IMG/VR virus record: IMGVR_UViG_3300042554_001257
Location: 5,489-69,488 of that record
Origin: a virus
DNA length: 64,000 nt
Strand: one strand, 5' to 3'
Of the stretch, positions 1-10,210 are shown piece after piece. How positions within the stretch are numbered: position 1 is the first letter of the stretch; each line of letters begins with the position of its first letter. The translations under genes and the position numbers were made by a program. Below the pieces are notes generated by a model. That model saw only the letters and a list, made by a program, of their open reading frames with translations. It had not been told where the DNA came from and searched no databases.

Positions 1-607
1 GATCTGATGGGGAAACTGGTCCAAGAGATGATCCAGTTTGCTGACCTCTTCCACCAGAAGATCCTCCTTGTCCAGCATCATCAAAATTTCCACCACCACC
101 ATATCCGCCACCAAGTGATGTTATTGCAGAAACTCCATTACCTCCACCAGGATTAAAAACACTAGATGATCCATTACTACCTGGACTAGATGACGTTGAA
201 GATGCTCCCCCACCACCAACTTCAACAGTATAAGTATATGGATTAGAAGGAATAGTTACTGTGGTTCCATATGGTGCATATGGGTGTCCAGAGATATTAG
301 TTTTAAATCCACCTGCTCCCCCTCCACCAGAACAACCTGTTGTATTGTCTTTTGCACCACCACCAGATCCACCCCCACCAATGACCAAATACTCTACAGT
401 ATTGGGAGAACCAACAGATGTAACCTCAAAAGATCCAAGTGAAGTGAAGGTATGGGTTTTATAAGTTATTCCTCCCGATGAAAATGTATCAATTGTTCCG
501 CCCGTGGCAATCCACGGGCGAGGAGCAGCAGCAGAAGCATCAGTTCCAGTTTTAGAAAAATTATCTTTAAATCTTGCTTGTGGATTATTAACAGATCTTA
601 ATCCCAT
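1..607 (-). CDS. Gly-rich tail-fibre/adhesin-like protein (3' end outside window)
   Basis: Not in ORF track; ATG at 607 gives MGLRSVNNPQARFKDNFSKTGTDA...ATGGTI...THTFTS...VEYLVIGGGGSGG, open to the window edge. Confidence 0.75.
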   Translation of the reverse strand, partial: MGLRSVNNPQARFKDNFSKTGTDASAAAPRPWIATGGTIDTFSSGGITYKTHTFTSLGSFEVTSVGSPNTVEYLVIGGGGSGGGAKDNTTGCSGGGGAGGFKTNISGHPYAPYGTTVTIPSNPYTYTVEVGGGGASSTSSSPGSNGSSSVFNPGGGNGVSAITSLGGGYGGGGNFDDAGQGGSSGGRGQQTGSSLGPVSPSD

Positions 608-644
608 TATGCATATTAACTAATTATTGATATTTATTCCGTTA

Positions 645-1535
645 TTATAAAACTTCAATGGTCACTGATCCATTAGCATTATTAGTTGAGTTAGTATATG
701 AAAAACTACTAATCCTGGCAGAATCATAGTAAGAAGATCCGCCACCGCCAGATGAACCACCTTGCCCACAATGTGCGTTACCACCGCCGCCTCCATAATA
801 ACCACCTCCACCAGATCCTCCAGATCCACTGCCATCTGGACAAGTTCCAGATCTACCACCTGTATACCCAGATCCACTTTCGGCACCTTGTGCAGATCCA
901 ACATTATTTAATCCACCAGTACCGGCAGCGGATTGAGTTCCTCCTGTTGGTCTTACCATTGGGGTATCATTTCTTTCCCCATCAGATCCTGTTGGATATC
1001 CACCACCACTATTATAACTAGAAGTTTTTGTAACTGTATCATTACTTCTTCCACCACCACCAGCACCAATCAAAAGATAGTTGGAACGATTTGCAGCATC
1101 TAATGGATTATTATTTGTTCCTCTCCACCATCCACTAAATCCACCACCAGGAGCTCCATTTTGCTGAGAATCTCCACCACCTGGATATCCACCAGTAGTT
1201 CCACTATTTGGACCTGCTTGTCCAACAACAAAATAATATGTACCAGCTGGCGTAGATGTATAAGTACCAGTTACTGATCCACCAAAACCTGCTTCATAAT
1301 ATCTGTTTGAACCTCTTGCACCAACGCAAGTAACTCTAAGTGTAGGAGATCCTAAAACAGTAGTTTCAAAAACTGCACCTGCTGTGGAAAATGATAAAGT
1401 TTGTCCACTAGTATAGACAGTTCCATTATAAGAAATTCCAGATACAGAAGATGGAAGTCTAGAGGCTTTTGTTCCAGTGTTTGCAAAAATATTTCTATAT
1501 GATGCTATCTTATTATTAATAGATTTAATAGTCAT
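645..1535 (-). CDS. Gly-rich adhesin-like virion protein
   Basis: GGGGGYYGGGGG and GGGGSSY motifs; N-terminus resembles that of the 1-607 ORF. Confidence 0.7.
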   Translation of the reverse strand: MTIKSINNKIASYRNIFANTGTKASRLPSSVSGISYNGTVYTSGQTLSFSTAGAVFETTVLGSPTLRVTCVGARGSNRYYEAGFGGSVTGTYTSTPAGTYYFVVGQAGPNSGTTGGYPGGGDSQQNGAPGGGFSGWWRGTNNNPLDAANRSNYLLIGAGGGGRSNDTVTKTSSYNSGGGYPTGSDGERNDTPMVRPTGGTQSAAGTGGLNNVGSAQGAESGSGYTGGRSGTCPDGSGSGGSGGGGYYGGGGGNAHCGQGGSSGGGGSSYYDSARISSFSYTNSTNNANGSVTIEVL

Positions 1536-1547
1536 CTTTTTGCGTTG

Positions 1548-1943
1548 TTAGATATCAGTATCACCATTAATCATAAAGTTAATAGCAGACCCGACACCAA
1601 CACCACCAGTATCAGGTGCAGTAATATCTACTGCTAGTTTATCGCCAGTTGACAATACAATGGGATAGTTAGTTTCAAAGAAAGTTGTTTCATTTGCTGC
1701 AAGATCAATTCTCAGAATTCTATTCGCTGTTACACCAACACCAGTTACAGTCTGACCACTTGGATAAACATAAAGTGATGTTCTTGCAGTTCCAAGACCA
1801 GTATTATGCATAATAACACTTCGGATATAAGTTGTCCCAGCAACACCAGCAGGAGTCGAAGTGGTTCCAGCAGTAAAGATACCAACCGTAGCAATACCAG
1901 TTACCGCCTGAATATTCAAAAGTTTTGTTCTTTGAAGTGTCAT
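1548..1943 (-). CDS. small beta-rich virion protein (adaptor-like family)
   Basis: 131 aa; pattern shared with 9858-10169, 11809-12135, 20742-21083; late-promoter-like ATAAATA upstream. Confidence 0.6.
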   Translation of the reverse strand: MTLQRTKLLNIQAVTGIATVGIFTAGTTSTPAGVAGTTYIRSVIMHNTGLGTARTSLYVYPSGQTVTGVGVTANRILRIDLAANETTFFETNYPIVLSTGDKLAVDITAPDTGGVGVGSAINFMINGDTDI

Positions 1944-1962
1944 CGTATTACTTTTTAGTTAT

Positions 1963-2673
1963 TTATGAGAACAGATATGCATCAAGTACACTAAAACTTG
2001 ATGGTAGATTTGTAAGTTGAGAAGCATCACCTTTAAATGCAGATGCTGTCACAATACCAGTTGCTACAACACCACCAGTTAATGTTAATCCAGAAGTGCT
2101 CAGTGTTGCAGCAGTTCCGACATTTATATTTCCAGAAGAACTTACAGAAGTTGCATATAAAGTTCCAGTGACCGTAGCACCAGCACTGACTGTTTCAAAC
2201 TTCTTACTATTGTCATAATAAAGTTCAGAGGCACCATTGCCAGTGAACTTTGCCATCGTTTCACCAGTAGTATGATGCTGAATGATGACATCAGTTGATC
2301 CAGAAAGATATAAGTTTCCAGTTCCAGTATCTTCTACGTAACTGTTTGTTCCGTCGTGATAGATTCTAAGATCATCACCATCACCAAAGTTTGCCTTAAC
2401 ATTATCACGAAGATTTATGTTCTGGGTGAAGGTGCTTATGCCAGATGCATAAAACCCAGTTACAACAATACTTGGAGATCCAGTTAATCCTGATGCAAGT
2501 GTTGAAGTACCACTAAAAGTTCCACTGAAAGAAGTTGCAGTGATAATACCAGTTGAGTTAATATTTCCTACACTACTAATCCCCGAACCACCTAAGTCAA
2601 GATTATCTCCCGATTGGAGTTCTTGAAGTTGATTCGCATTGGGATTATAAATCAGCGGATATCTATTCGCCAT
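1963..2673 (-). CDS. tail-fibre-like protein
   Basis: GIITATSF repeats and FGDGDDLRIYHDG...ELYYDNSKKFET module typical of cyanomyovirus fibres. Confidence 0.7.
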   Translation of the reverse strand: MANRYPLIYNPNANQLQELQSGDNLDLGGSGISSVGNINSTGIITATSFSGTFSGTSTLASGLTGSPSIVVTGFYASGISTFTQNINLRDNVKANFGDGDDLRIYHDGTNSYVEDTGTGNLYLSGSTDVIIQHHTTGETMAKFTGNGASELYYDNSKKFETVSAGATVTGTLYATSVSSSGNINVGTAATLSTSGLTLTGGVVATGIVTASAFKGDASQLTNLPSSFSVLDAYLFS

Positions 2674-2698
2674 TATATCTGAATAGTCTTTTGATTAT

Positions 2699-3097
2699 TT
2701 ATGCCACATTAAAAGCGATGAATCCTTTGGTGCCATCTCTTTTCAGAACACCAAGTTGTTCGCCATTTAATGCTAGTGTTGCAGCAGTTGTTCTTGTTCC
2801 GATTGTCAAACTTGTCATAGCAGTGGTGTTCAGAGTGGTTCCAAACACAATACAGTAAAATCTACCAGATGAAGATGGGGCAGCAGCAAAGGTGATTTGA
2901 TTCTCACTGATGATATAAGAAACGATTGGTTCCTGAATGACACCATCAAGTGACAAAAGTAATGTATAAGGGTTTGATGTGAAGTATGGTTGACCACCAA
3001 GTGTCAGATTAAAAGTGGTTTTAGTTCCGTCAAACTGATCTGAAATATCATCAAGTTTGATGTATGGACCAGTTTGTTGGGGTCTTCCGATATACAT
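2699..3097 (-). CDS. virion structural protein
   Basis: LDDISDQFDGTKTTFNLT...LDGVIQEP domain common in cyanophage structural proteins. Confidence 0.6.
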   Translation of the reverse strand: MYIGRPQQTGPYIKLDDISDQFDGTKTTFNLTLGGQPYFTSNPYTLLLSLDGVIQEPIVSYIISENQITFAAAPSSSGRFYCIVFGTTLNTTAMTSLTIGTRTTAATLALNGEQLGVLKRDGTKGFIAFNVA

Positions 3098-3114
3098 TGG
3101 AGGTTTTTAGGTAT

Positions 3115-5043
3115 TTATGTTGGGTAGGCGATGAGGACGATACCGGAACCACCCGTACCACCATATGAAGCTTGATCTCCACCACCTCCTCCACCAGATC
3201 CAGTAGAAACTACTCCATTACCACCAGGTTGATTAGTGCTGGAAGCTCCGCTGCCGCCTCCACCAGTTCCACCATTAGATCCAGAACCCCTAACAGCTCC
3301 GCCGCCACCAGCAGCAATCCACCAATAAGTGCTTCCTGGTCCAGGTGCTCCCAAACCACCTCCAGTAGTTGAAGTTGATTGTGATAATGGATTTCTAAAT
3401 GTCGTTGGAAGTTGTGTGCCGGCACCACCATTAGCACCAGGAGCTGAACTTCCGGCACCTCCACCTCCACCGGGAGTTGATGCTCCATTATTACCTTGTG
3501 TTGGTGCAGGAGTTGATGTTCCCGTTACTCTATTTCCAGTTCCTCCTGGACCAGATCCATTAGCACCTCCACCACCACCACCAGATCCACCTGGACCACC
3601 AGCAAATACGTTTTCAATACCGCCAAATCCACCACCCTGAGAAGTTATAGTTGAAAATATCGATGGAGATCCTGCAACAGAAGGTGTTATTTGTTCTCCA
3701 TAGGCGCCAGCACCACCAGCACCAACAGTAACTGGATTTGGTCCAGGATTAACAGCAAAATCAAAAGCACCATTATATCGGTATCCACCAGCTCCGCCGC
3801 CGCCGCCGTCACCAGAACCACCACCACCTCCGCCAGCAATCACAACATATTCAACAGAAAGTGGTCCAGTAGTTACATTAAAATCACCAGAAGAAGTAAA
3901 TGTATGAATTGTCTTACCACCAAAGAAACTAATAGCACCACCAGTAGCTCTTGCTGTTCCAGTGGATGCTGGAAGTGCATATCGGACAACTACGATTCCT
4001 GAACCACCAGCGCCAGAAATAAAGTTATATGGAGTTGGTCCACCACCAGCACCACCGCCTCCACCCCCAGTAGCATAAGTTCCAGGAGTTCCATGATCAC
4101 TAGGAGAATATCCGCCAGCACCTCCTCCACCTACTCCAGCAGCACCTTGAGTTGGAAGTCCACCGGCACCACCGCCGCCACCACCACCAGCAAACCATTG
4201 ATATTGTCCTGGTCCAGGATTTAATACTCCTACACCTGTTGTTGTAGATGCTGGTCCGGCAATGGCAACTTGAACACCAGATCCGCCAGGTCCGCCATTA
4301 GTGGTACTGATTACCCCAGTCCCAGCAGATCCTGCTCCACCACCACCGCCACCAGCTGATCCAGTTCCTGGACCACCACCAGAATATCCTTGTGATGGTG
4401 AGTAAGGAGTTGGACTATTCCCCGATCCACCTGGCTGATTTCTTCCACCACCTCCACCAGATCCGCCAGGATTTCCTACGTTTCCATTAGCACCAGAAAT
4501 TTCAACGCCTCCACCACCGCCGCCGTCTGCACGAATATAAGATGGTGATGGAAAACTTGCAGGAGTAGGATAAAAGTTTGATACATTTCCATTTCCACCA
4601 TTAGTATTATTTCCGGTTTGTGGTGATCCACCTCCACCAATAGTTACAGTATAAGGTCCAGGAGAAACTGAATATGAAGGTCCTGTTAATGGGTTTGTAG
4701 ATGCATCTACAACTCCTGGCAGATTAGTTCTTAATCCACCAGCACCACCGCCACCAGAACCAGCATTTCCCAGAGGTCCTCCGGCACCTCCACCTCCACC
4801 ACCAGCAACCACAAGGTACTGAACAGAAGTAATCGCAGGATCAGTAACCGCAAAGGTTCCCGATGAAGTGAAGATATGTGCTCTATATCTGATTCCTGGT
4901 CCTGGATCCAGATAGTCACTAATCACACCCCCACTTGCACCAGTATAAGTAATGCCTCCACCACCAGAAGGTGCAGCAGAAGTAACAGCAGCAAGACCAA
5001 ACTGATTGATTAATGTTGCAAGAGAAGTAACAATGGGTGCCAT
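3115..5043 (-). CDS. large Gly/Pro-rich adhesin-like protein, two Gly-rich domains
   Basis: Two copies of H(I/T)FTSSG...V(Q/E)Y(L/V)V(V/I)AGGGGGG...GGSGIV(V/L)(V/I)xY. Confidence 0.75.
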   Translation of the reverse strand: MAPIVTSLATLINQFGLAAVTSAAPSGGGGITYTGASGGVISDYLDPGPGIRYRAHIFTSSGTFAVTDPAITSVQYLVVAGGGGGGAGGPLGNAGSGGGGAGGLRTNLPGVVDASTNPLTGPSYSVSPGPYTVTIGGGGSPQTGNNTNGGNGNVSNFYPTPASFPSPSYIRADGGGGGGVEISGANGNVGNPGGSGGGGGRNQPGGSGNSPTPYSPSQGYSGGGPGTGSAGGGGGGAGSAGTGVISTTNGGPGGSGVQVAIAGPASTTTGVGVLNPGPGQYQWFAGGGGGGGAGGLPTQGAAGVGGGGAGGYSPSDHGTPGTYATGGGGGGAGGGPTPYNFISGAGGSGIVVVRYALPASTGTARATGGAISFFGGKTIHTFTSSGDFNVTTGPLSVEYVVIAGGGGGGSGDGGGGGAGGYRYNGAFDFAVNPGPNPVTVGAGGAGAYGEQITPSVAGSPSIFSTITSQGGGFGGIENVFAGGPGGSGGGGGGANGSGPGGTGNRVTGTSTPAPTQGNNGASTPGGGGGAGSSAPGANGGAGTQLPTTFRNPLSQSTSTTGGGLGAPGPGSTYWWIAAGGGGAVRGSGSNGGTGGGGSGASSTNQPGGNGVVSTGSGGGGGGDQASYGGTGGSGIVLIAYPT

Positions 5044-5044
5044 A

Positions 5045-5782
5045 TCAGTAGAACCTAAAATCGCCGTTCTTGATTGAAATGAAGTTATAGTTCGTCATCG
5101 TTGATGCAGAACCAGTGGTATTAATACCAATGAAGTTAAAGATGTCGTAGCAAGAAGTACTGCCAGCAGCAACAGTTCCTGATGGATATGAGATACGAGT
5201 CGAAACTCCAACCGCTGCTGTGGAGTTAAATGTGACCCCATTTAGAACAAGACTTGAACAAGCATATCCAGTTGCACCTTGACGAACAATCACCGCAAAG
5301 TTGATTGAACGATTATCAAAGTCTGATGTAGTAGGGATACCAGTCACACTCAAAGTGATTGGTCCAGTTGCATTATAAACAACAGCAATATTACCACCAC
5401 CAGTATTGTATGCAAGTGATGGTGAGTTATTGGTTGCAACAGTGACCTTATCAGCAACCGATGCCAGACGAAGATCGGTTAATGTTGAAATACCTGTATT
5501 ATTTACACCTGATACCGAAATGCTTGGGTTTCCAGTTAAGTTTTGTGCGACAGTTGAAATACCAGCAGTCGTCGCATAACCTGCGGTAGTAGCATTTGTG
5601 GCAATACCAGCGATGACTGCATAAGTTGCTGTCGTAGAGATTCCAGCAGTCGTCGCATAACCTGCGGTAGTGGCAGTCGTCGCAGTACCAGTTAATGTAC
5701 CAACAACTGTTGCTCCATTTGGAAACGTCGGAGCACCAGTTCCTGCCTCATTTTTAATATTATTAACTCTTATTTCAGACAT
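5045..5782 (-). CDS. tail-fibre-like protein
   Basis: MSEIRVNNIKNEAGTGAP N-terminus; TTAGYATTAGIST repeats. Confidence 0.65.
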   Translation of the reverse strand: MSEIRVNNIKNEAGTGAPTFPNGATVVGTLTGTATTATTAGYATTAGISTTATYAVIAGIATNATTAGYATTAGISTVAQNLTGNPSISVSGVNNTGISTLTDLRLASVADKVTVATNNSPSLAYNTGGGNIAVVYNATGPITLSVTGIPTTSDFDNRSINFAVIVRQGATGYACSSLVLNGVTFNSTAAVGVSTRISYPSGTVAAGSTSCYDIFNFIGINTTGSASTMTNYNFISIKNGDFRFY

Positions 5783-5805
5783 TTTGAGTTATACTTTTCA
5801 GTTAT

Positions 5806-5979
5806 TTATTCAGTTACAACAGTACCTCCGAAATCATAGATCTCAGAGGTTGCTACTGACTTATTTGTATATCTCTTACGGTCATCATAGTTTGTTGACC
5901 ACTTATAATCACCCTGAAAATAAATGGTCTTATCAGTCCCTTGAATGTTCTGAGTCTTAGCAATATGATAGTTTGCCAT
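5806..5979 (-). CDS. 57-aa hypothetical protein, paralog of 6003-6260
   Basis: Not in ORF track; MANYHIAKTQ...YFQGDYKW...EIYDFGGTVVTE; late-promoter-like motif near 6000. Confidence 0.65.
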   Translation of the reverse strand: MANYHIAKTQNIQGTDKTIYFQGDYKWSTNYDDRKRYTNKSVATSEIYDFGGTVVTE

Positions 5980-6002
5980 CTTACAAATAGATTTTCAACT
6001 AT

Positions 6003-6260
6003 TTATTCTACCGATCTCTCAAACTCAGTTCCTTCCTGCACAATTCCATCACCGTCACCATCAACTGCATTAGGATCATAAGTCACATCTTTAATCACAG
6101 TGCCGCCAAAATCATAAAGTTCTTTGGTGGCATCTGCTTTCTTATTATAGATCTTTCGGTGCTCGTGAACAGTTGTCCAGCGATTATCACCCTGATAAAA
6201 GACGGTTACAGTTCCACCCATACCAAAATCTTGTGTATGTTGAATATGATACTTTGCCAT
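6003..6260 (-). CDS. hypothetical protein with DxDGDG Ca-binding-like motif
   Basis: MAKYHIQ...ELYDFGGTVIKD...DGDGDGIVQE. Confidence 0.6.
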   Translation of the reverse strand: MAKYHIQHTQDFGMGGTVTVFYQGDNRWTTVHEHRKIYNKKADATKELYDFGGTVIKDVTYDPNAVDGDGDGIVQEGTEFERSVE

Positions 6261-6265
6261 TTTTT

Positions 6266-6820
6266 TCAAGTATTTATTGCTTGATGGTCTGGAAGTTTAG
6301 GAAGTAAATCAAAAGATATAATGGTTCTTTGCTTTCTTGATTGATTGGGATGAACAAAGTGTAATGTATAAGAAGGTACAATGACTAATGTTCCCTCTTT
6401 GACATCTTGTGGATATGCCAGAGTTGTCGTATCACTTCTAGGGTCTTGCCAAGGAGCAACAAAACAAGTAGGAGTATGATGCTTTGAATCAAACTCCACA
6501 TAAAGAACACCAGAAAATCCCCAACTGCGATGATTGTGAATCGTCTGGTGGTCTCCTTGTTTATACCTAACAGACCAACAATCAGTCATACTGCACGTTA
6601 CTTGTGCTTCCTGGCAAAACTCAAACAGTTGAGGTTTGATAAGGTCTTGAAAGTAGTGTAGATATGACTTCTTGTTTGTTTGTCTGTCAGTTTCAAAAGT
6701 TTGCAATGTGGTTCTTACAAACTTTTGAGAGTTGATGCGATTGAGAAGTCCCTTCTTTTTAAAATCCCAATCATCAATCTGGTATTGATAAGAAGGGTAT
6801 TCAAAAAGTGGTGTCTTCAT
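6266..6820 (-). CDS. putative 2OG-Fe(II) oxygenase
   Basis: HNH...SGVLYV...EGTLVIVPSYTLHFV...RTIISFD pattern. Confidence 0.7.
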   Translation of the reverse strand: MKTPLFEYPSYQYQIDDWDFKKKGLLNRINSQKFVRTTLQTFETDRQTNKKSYLHYFQDLIKPQLFEFCQEAQVTCSMTDCWSVRYKQGDHQTIHNHRSWGFSGVLYVEFDSKHHTPTCFVAPWQDPRSDTTTLAYPQDVKEGTLVIVPSYTLHFVHPNQSRKQRTIISFDLLPKLPDHQAINT

Positions 6821-7539
6821 CGTGCTCTATCCCAAGCACAGTGAGCACGTTGACCGTCTTGCAAAACATAGTGAAAAAAGATCTGATGAAAATAAAGTTC
6901 ACCACTCTTACCAAACAATTTCTTACTCTTCTTTACACCAGGCATTGCATCACGCCAGTGCGGGCGCTCACATCCTTTATAAACCATCCCGTCACCTGCT
7001 TGAAGAACCACAGAACGATTCTCACCAGGAACTAATACTTGTGTCTTCTTTTTGTCGGCATAAGTATCGGGAGTTTTAATCCAGATAGGCCAATCAGCAT
7101 CCTTTCCTTCCAGATTGGTGCTGATATGAACTGTCACAGAAATCTCACAGGCATCACGGTCTGCGTGACGAGTCAGTTCCTGACCAGGAAAATAATAACG
7201 GTCATAATAATAAGTATTATAAAGTTTCCGTCCCAGTGCTTCTTCAAGTTTGAGACGAATACCAGTATGAATCTGACGATACTGTGGGTGCCAGTAACGA
7301 GCCAGAGAACCTTCAACCTGTTGCTCTACTGGTGTGTGATTAAACTGATCTACCTGTTTGCCCCAGTAGTTAATCTGCCCACGTTCTTGTGGAAGTGGAT
7401 GGTAAAGTTCTTCTGCATCCCATAGATTCTTGATGACCAAGTATCCATTCTTCTCAAAGGATTCATTACGAGTCCAAGCAGTTCCAGTGTTTTGACGTTC
7501 TTGGAACATCAACTGCATTTCTGTCATTTGTTCTGCCAT
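6817..7539 (-). CDS. 2OG-Fe(II) oxygenase
   Basis: HADRDACEISVT...GDGMVYKGCERPHWR. Confidence 0.75.
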   Translation of the reverse strand: MAEQMTEMQLMFQERQNTGTAWTRNESFEKNGYLVIKNLWDAEELYHPLPQERGQINYWGKQVDQFNHTPVEQQVEGSLARYWHPQYRQIHTGIRLKLEEALGRKLYNTYYYDRYYFPGQELTRHADRDACEISVTVHISTNLEGKDADWPIWIKTPDTYADKKKTQVLVPGENRSVVLQAGDGMVYKGCERPHWRDAMPGVKKSKKLFGKSGELYFHQIFFHYVLQDGQRAHCAWDRAR

Positions 7540-7547
7540 GATTTACC

Positions 7548-8168
7548 TCACTTCCAACGCTTACCGACCGTCCAACCTACCAAACTCTTACGGGTTCCTT
7601 TTGTAACTTTAAGAACACGGTGCATCGTGCGAGAATCAAACAGAATCACAGTGCCACGCTTACGAGGAGCAATATAACTATTCCCTGCCTCATCAAGAAG
7701 TTGAAGGTTGCCGCCTTCATAATCATCGGGGTCACTCAGTTGAACCACAAATGAAAGTTTTCTTACAAGTTCAATGTTCTCATTTACGAAGTCTTGTGCT
7801 AGACCATCTTGACGATTACCGACACTTACAGGTTTGTATTGAGTTGCAAGTCCTGCGTCATTGTGCCAACCATAGAACTGCCCTTCACTATATTTCGTGA
7901 ACTGCATTGATTCTCCATCAATACAATGCAAGTCATACAGGAAGTTCTCACGGTTTGCCCGTTCAATGTAGTGCCACACAAATCCACCAACCCAATGTGT
8001 GGTGGGAATCCAGGCATTCTGTGAGTTTCGTTTATCTTTGTTTAGGGCATCTCCGTGAAGTCGGGAGTCTGCCATTTGATCTTCGAACTTTTCTGAGAGG
8101 TCTCGTTCAATGATATCTACCACATCTTCTGGTAGATCACTGAAATACCAAATGCTTTGAAATGCCAT
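7548..8168 (-). CDS. 2OG-Fe(II) oxygenase (PKHD/prolyl-hydroxylase-like)
   Basis: YGWHND...RKLS...YEGG...HRVLKVTKGTRKSLVGW. Confidence 0.8.
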   Translation of the reverse strand: MAFQSIWYFSDLPEDVVDIIERDLSEKFEDQMADSRLHGDALNKDKRNSQNAWIPTTHWVGGFVWHYIERANRENFLYDLHCIDGESMQFTKYSEGQFYGWHNDAGLATQYKPVSVGNRQDGLAQDFVNENIELVRKLSFVVQLSDPDDYEGGNLQLLDEAGNSYIAPRKRGTVILFDSRTMHRVLKVTKGTRKSLVGWTVGKRWK

Positions 8169-8224
8169 ACGTTAATAATGTATTCAGGTTTATTATATAG
8201 GATGTTGTGGGGAATGTCAAATAA

Positions 8225-8749
8225 TTAATATAAGAACTCGTAAATACTCATAATTGATCCATATTGCTGGTTTCTTCCATCATCAGAGCTATTTGAATTC
8301 CAAATTTGAAAAGGTTTATCACCACTACTACCACTCCTAGTCTTCCATCCAACAGTCCAGGTTCTACTACCAGATGCTAATTCTGCGGCAGCATCAGTAT
8401 TATCAATAATACGATGAACATATAGTGTAAATCTAGACCATATCTCACTTTGATCAACTCCGGCATACCATACTCCTTTATGCCTATCAGAATCATTGCT
8501 AGTGCTCATACCATCCAAACCAGCATAAATTCCACATTGATCAGAATATGCCACACCACCAGGTAACATCCCCTCCATTAAAATCCATGATGTATTTGCA
8601 TCATATTGTTTTGTAAAACTACCTGTCCAAATAATACCATTAGAAGAATCACTTAATCCTGTTCTAGTGTTATTTCTAAAACGTGTTACGTTTACTAATT
8701 TGTCACCAGTAGTGGTAGTTGAAGTTGAGTTTAATAAATTTCTTGCCAT
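8225..8749 (-). CDS. virion protein, paralog 3 of a tandem trio
   Basis: MARNLLNSTSTTTT N-terminus, C-terminal IYEFLY. Confidence 0.55.
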   Translation of the reverse strand: MARNLLNSTSTTTTGDKLVNVTRFRNNTRTGLSDSSNGIIWTGSFTKQYDANTSWILMEGMLPGGVAYSDQCGIYAGLDGMSTSNDSDRHKGVWYAGVDQSEIWSRFTLYVHRIIDNTDAAAELASGSRTWTVGWKTRSGSSGDKPFQIWNSNSSDDGRNQQYGSIMSIYEFLY

Positions 8750-8751
8750 TT

Positions 8752-9276
8752 TTATCTCGCAATTTCGTAAATTAAAATATGAGTTCCAGACTGATGGTGC
8801 CTATCATTATCCGCATTATTCGGATTCAATACTTCACAACACCTTACAGATTCATTTGAATACCAACCTATTTTTAAACTATGAGATCCAGCAGCAATAT
8901 TCCATTCTTTGAATGATTTATGTACTATTCCCAGTGTATTTTCAGCAGATCGATCGGGTCCACAGTAATAAAATCCTCCACCACCTGCACCATTTCTCGG
9001 TCCACTACTATCATTATAAGCCAAATATAAATCATCAATTGTGCATGAACATCCTATCTGTGGATAGTTAGGCATACCCTGCATTGGAATAATTCCAGCA
9101 ACTTGAATAAAAGACTCTGAATTTGATCTCAACTTTGTAAAAGTAGTATTAACTAATGCACTTCTCCCATCAGATACTGCCGAAATGCCAGATCTACTAT
9201 AATTTTTGTACCTAGTAATATTAATAATACCAGTAAGTGTGGTGGTTGTAGATACATTTAAAATATTTCTAGACAT
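8752..9276 (-). CDS. virion protein, paralog 2 of a tandem trio
   Basis: Start reassigned to ATG 9276 (MSRNILNVSTTTT), overlapping the upstream stop. Confidence 0.55.
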   Translation of the reverse strand: MSRNILNVSTTTTLTGIINITRYKNYSRSGISAVSDGRSALVNTTFTKLRSNSESFIQVAGIIPMQGMPNYPQIGCSCTIDDLYLAYNDSSGPRNGAGGGGFYYCGPDRSAENTLGIVHKSFKEWNIAAGSHSLKIGWYSNESVRCCEVLNPNNADNDRHHQSGTHILIYEIAR

Positions 9277-9827
9277 TAGTATAAAATCTCCCAAACTCTA
9301 AGGTAACCATACCAATTTGTTTGACCTCTGTTATCTACTGAAGAATAAGATCCACCTTTGTTCGGACAGAAATTCCATCCAGGTCTGTTTCCGCCTCCAC
9401 CTGCGGTTTCCCATCTTATAATTATTGGAACAGTTCCAACTCCAAAATTTCCTGATGAAATATTTGCACTCAGACCATTTAATGTTTGTGCATGTGCAAA
9501 GTTTTGGCAGGAGTGTATGTTAAATTCACGCTCATTACCTCCTGTCATCCCCCAAAAATATTGTGATCCATTATATAAATCTGAAGTTTGATTACTACAC
9601 CTAATACAAGGTGCTGGTGCATATGAATATGCTTCTAATGAATTAAACTGTGCAGACATGTACAAATAACTTTCTGATGCAGATCTTTGCTTTGAATAGT
9701 TATAAGTCCAAATGGTATAGTTTGCCTGATCTCCCATACCACTTACTTCTGTCATAACATACTCACCTGTCGCAACTAATTTAGTTGCTGCTGCTGTTGT
9801 TGTTGCGTTTAGTATGGATCTACCCAT
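9276..9827 (-). CDS. virion protein, paralog 1 of a tandem trio
   Basis: MGRSILNATTTAAA N-terminus, C-terminal VWEILY. Confidence 0.55.
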   Translation of the reverse strand: MGRSILNATTTAAATKLVATGEYVMTEVSGMGDQANYTIWTYNYSKQRSASESYLYMSAQFNSLEAYSYAPAPCIRCSNQTSDLYNGSQYFWGMTGGNEREFNIHSCQNFAHAQTLNGLSANISSGNFGVGTVPIIIRWETAGGGGNRPGWNFCPNKGGSYSSVDNRGQTNWYGYLRVWEILY

Positions 9828-9857
9828 TTGAATTTCCTTAACTATTTTGTTGATTTG

Positions 9858-10169
9858 TTAAGATATTTCTACGCCCCAAATATTAAAAGATACGTTTCCA
9901 TTTAAAGAGTTAACTGCAACTGCGTCACCCGTTCCTAAAACAATTCCAGTTCTCTCTATAACTGCTGCTGCCGTTAGACCGGCGAGAGTTTCTATCTCAT
10001 GACGATCACCTCTAGTTGCACCAGAATTAACAAGAGCAACTGAAACTGATGTTGCTGCACCAGCTCTGTTAGTTGCAGAAATATTCACAACTATTGGAGT
10101 TGTTGCAGTAAATGCAGTTGTCCAAGTATTTGCCGAAGATATTAGTGATGTTTGTAATCCAGATGCCAT
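9858..10169 (-). CDS. small beta-rich virion protein (adaptor-like family)
   Basis: 103 aa; IERTGIVLGTGD...VSFNIWGVE. Confidence 0.6.
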   Translation of the reverse strand: MASGLQTSLISSANTWTTAFTATTPIVVNISATNRAGAATSVSVALVNSGATRGDRHEIETLAGLTAAAVIERTGIVLGTGDAVAVNSLNGNVSFNIWGVEIS

Positions 10170-10210
10170 TTAATGTAGTCTCCTTTTCTGTAATATTTAT
10201 ATTCTATAAC

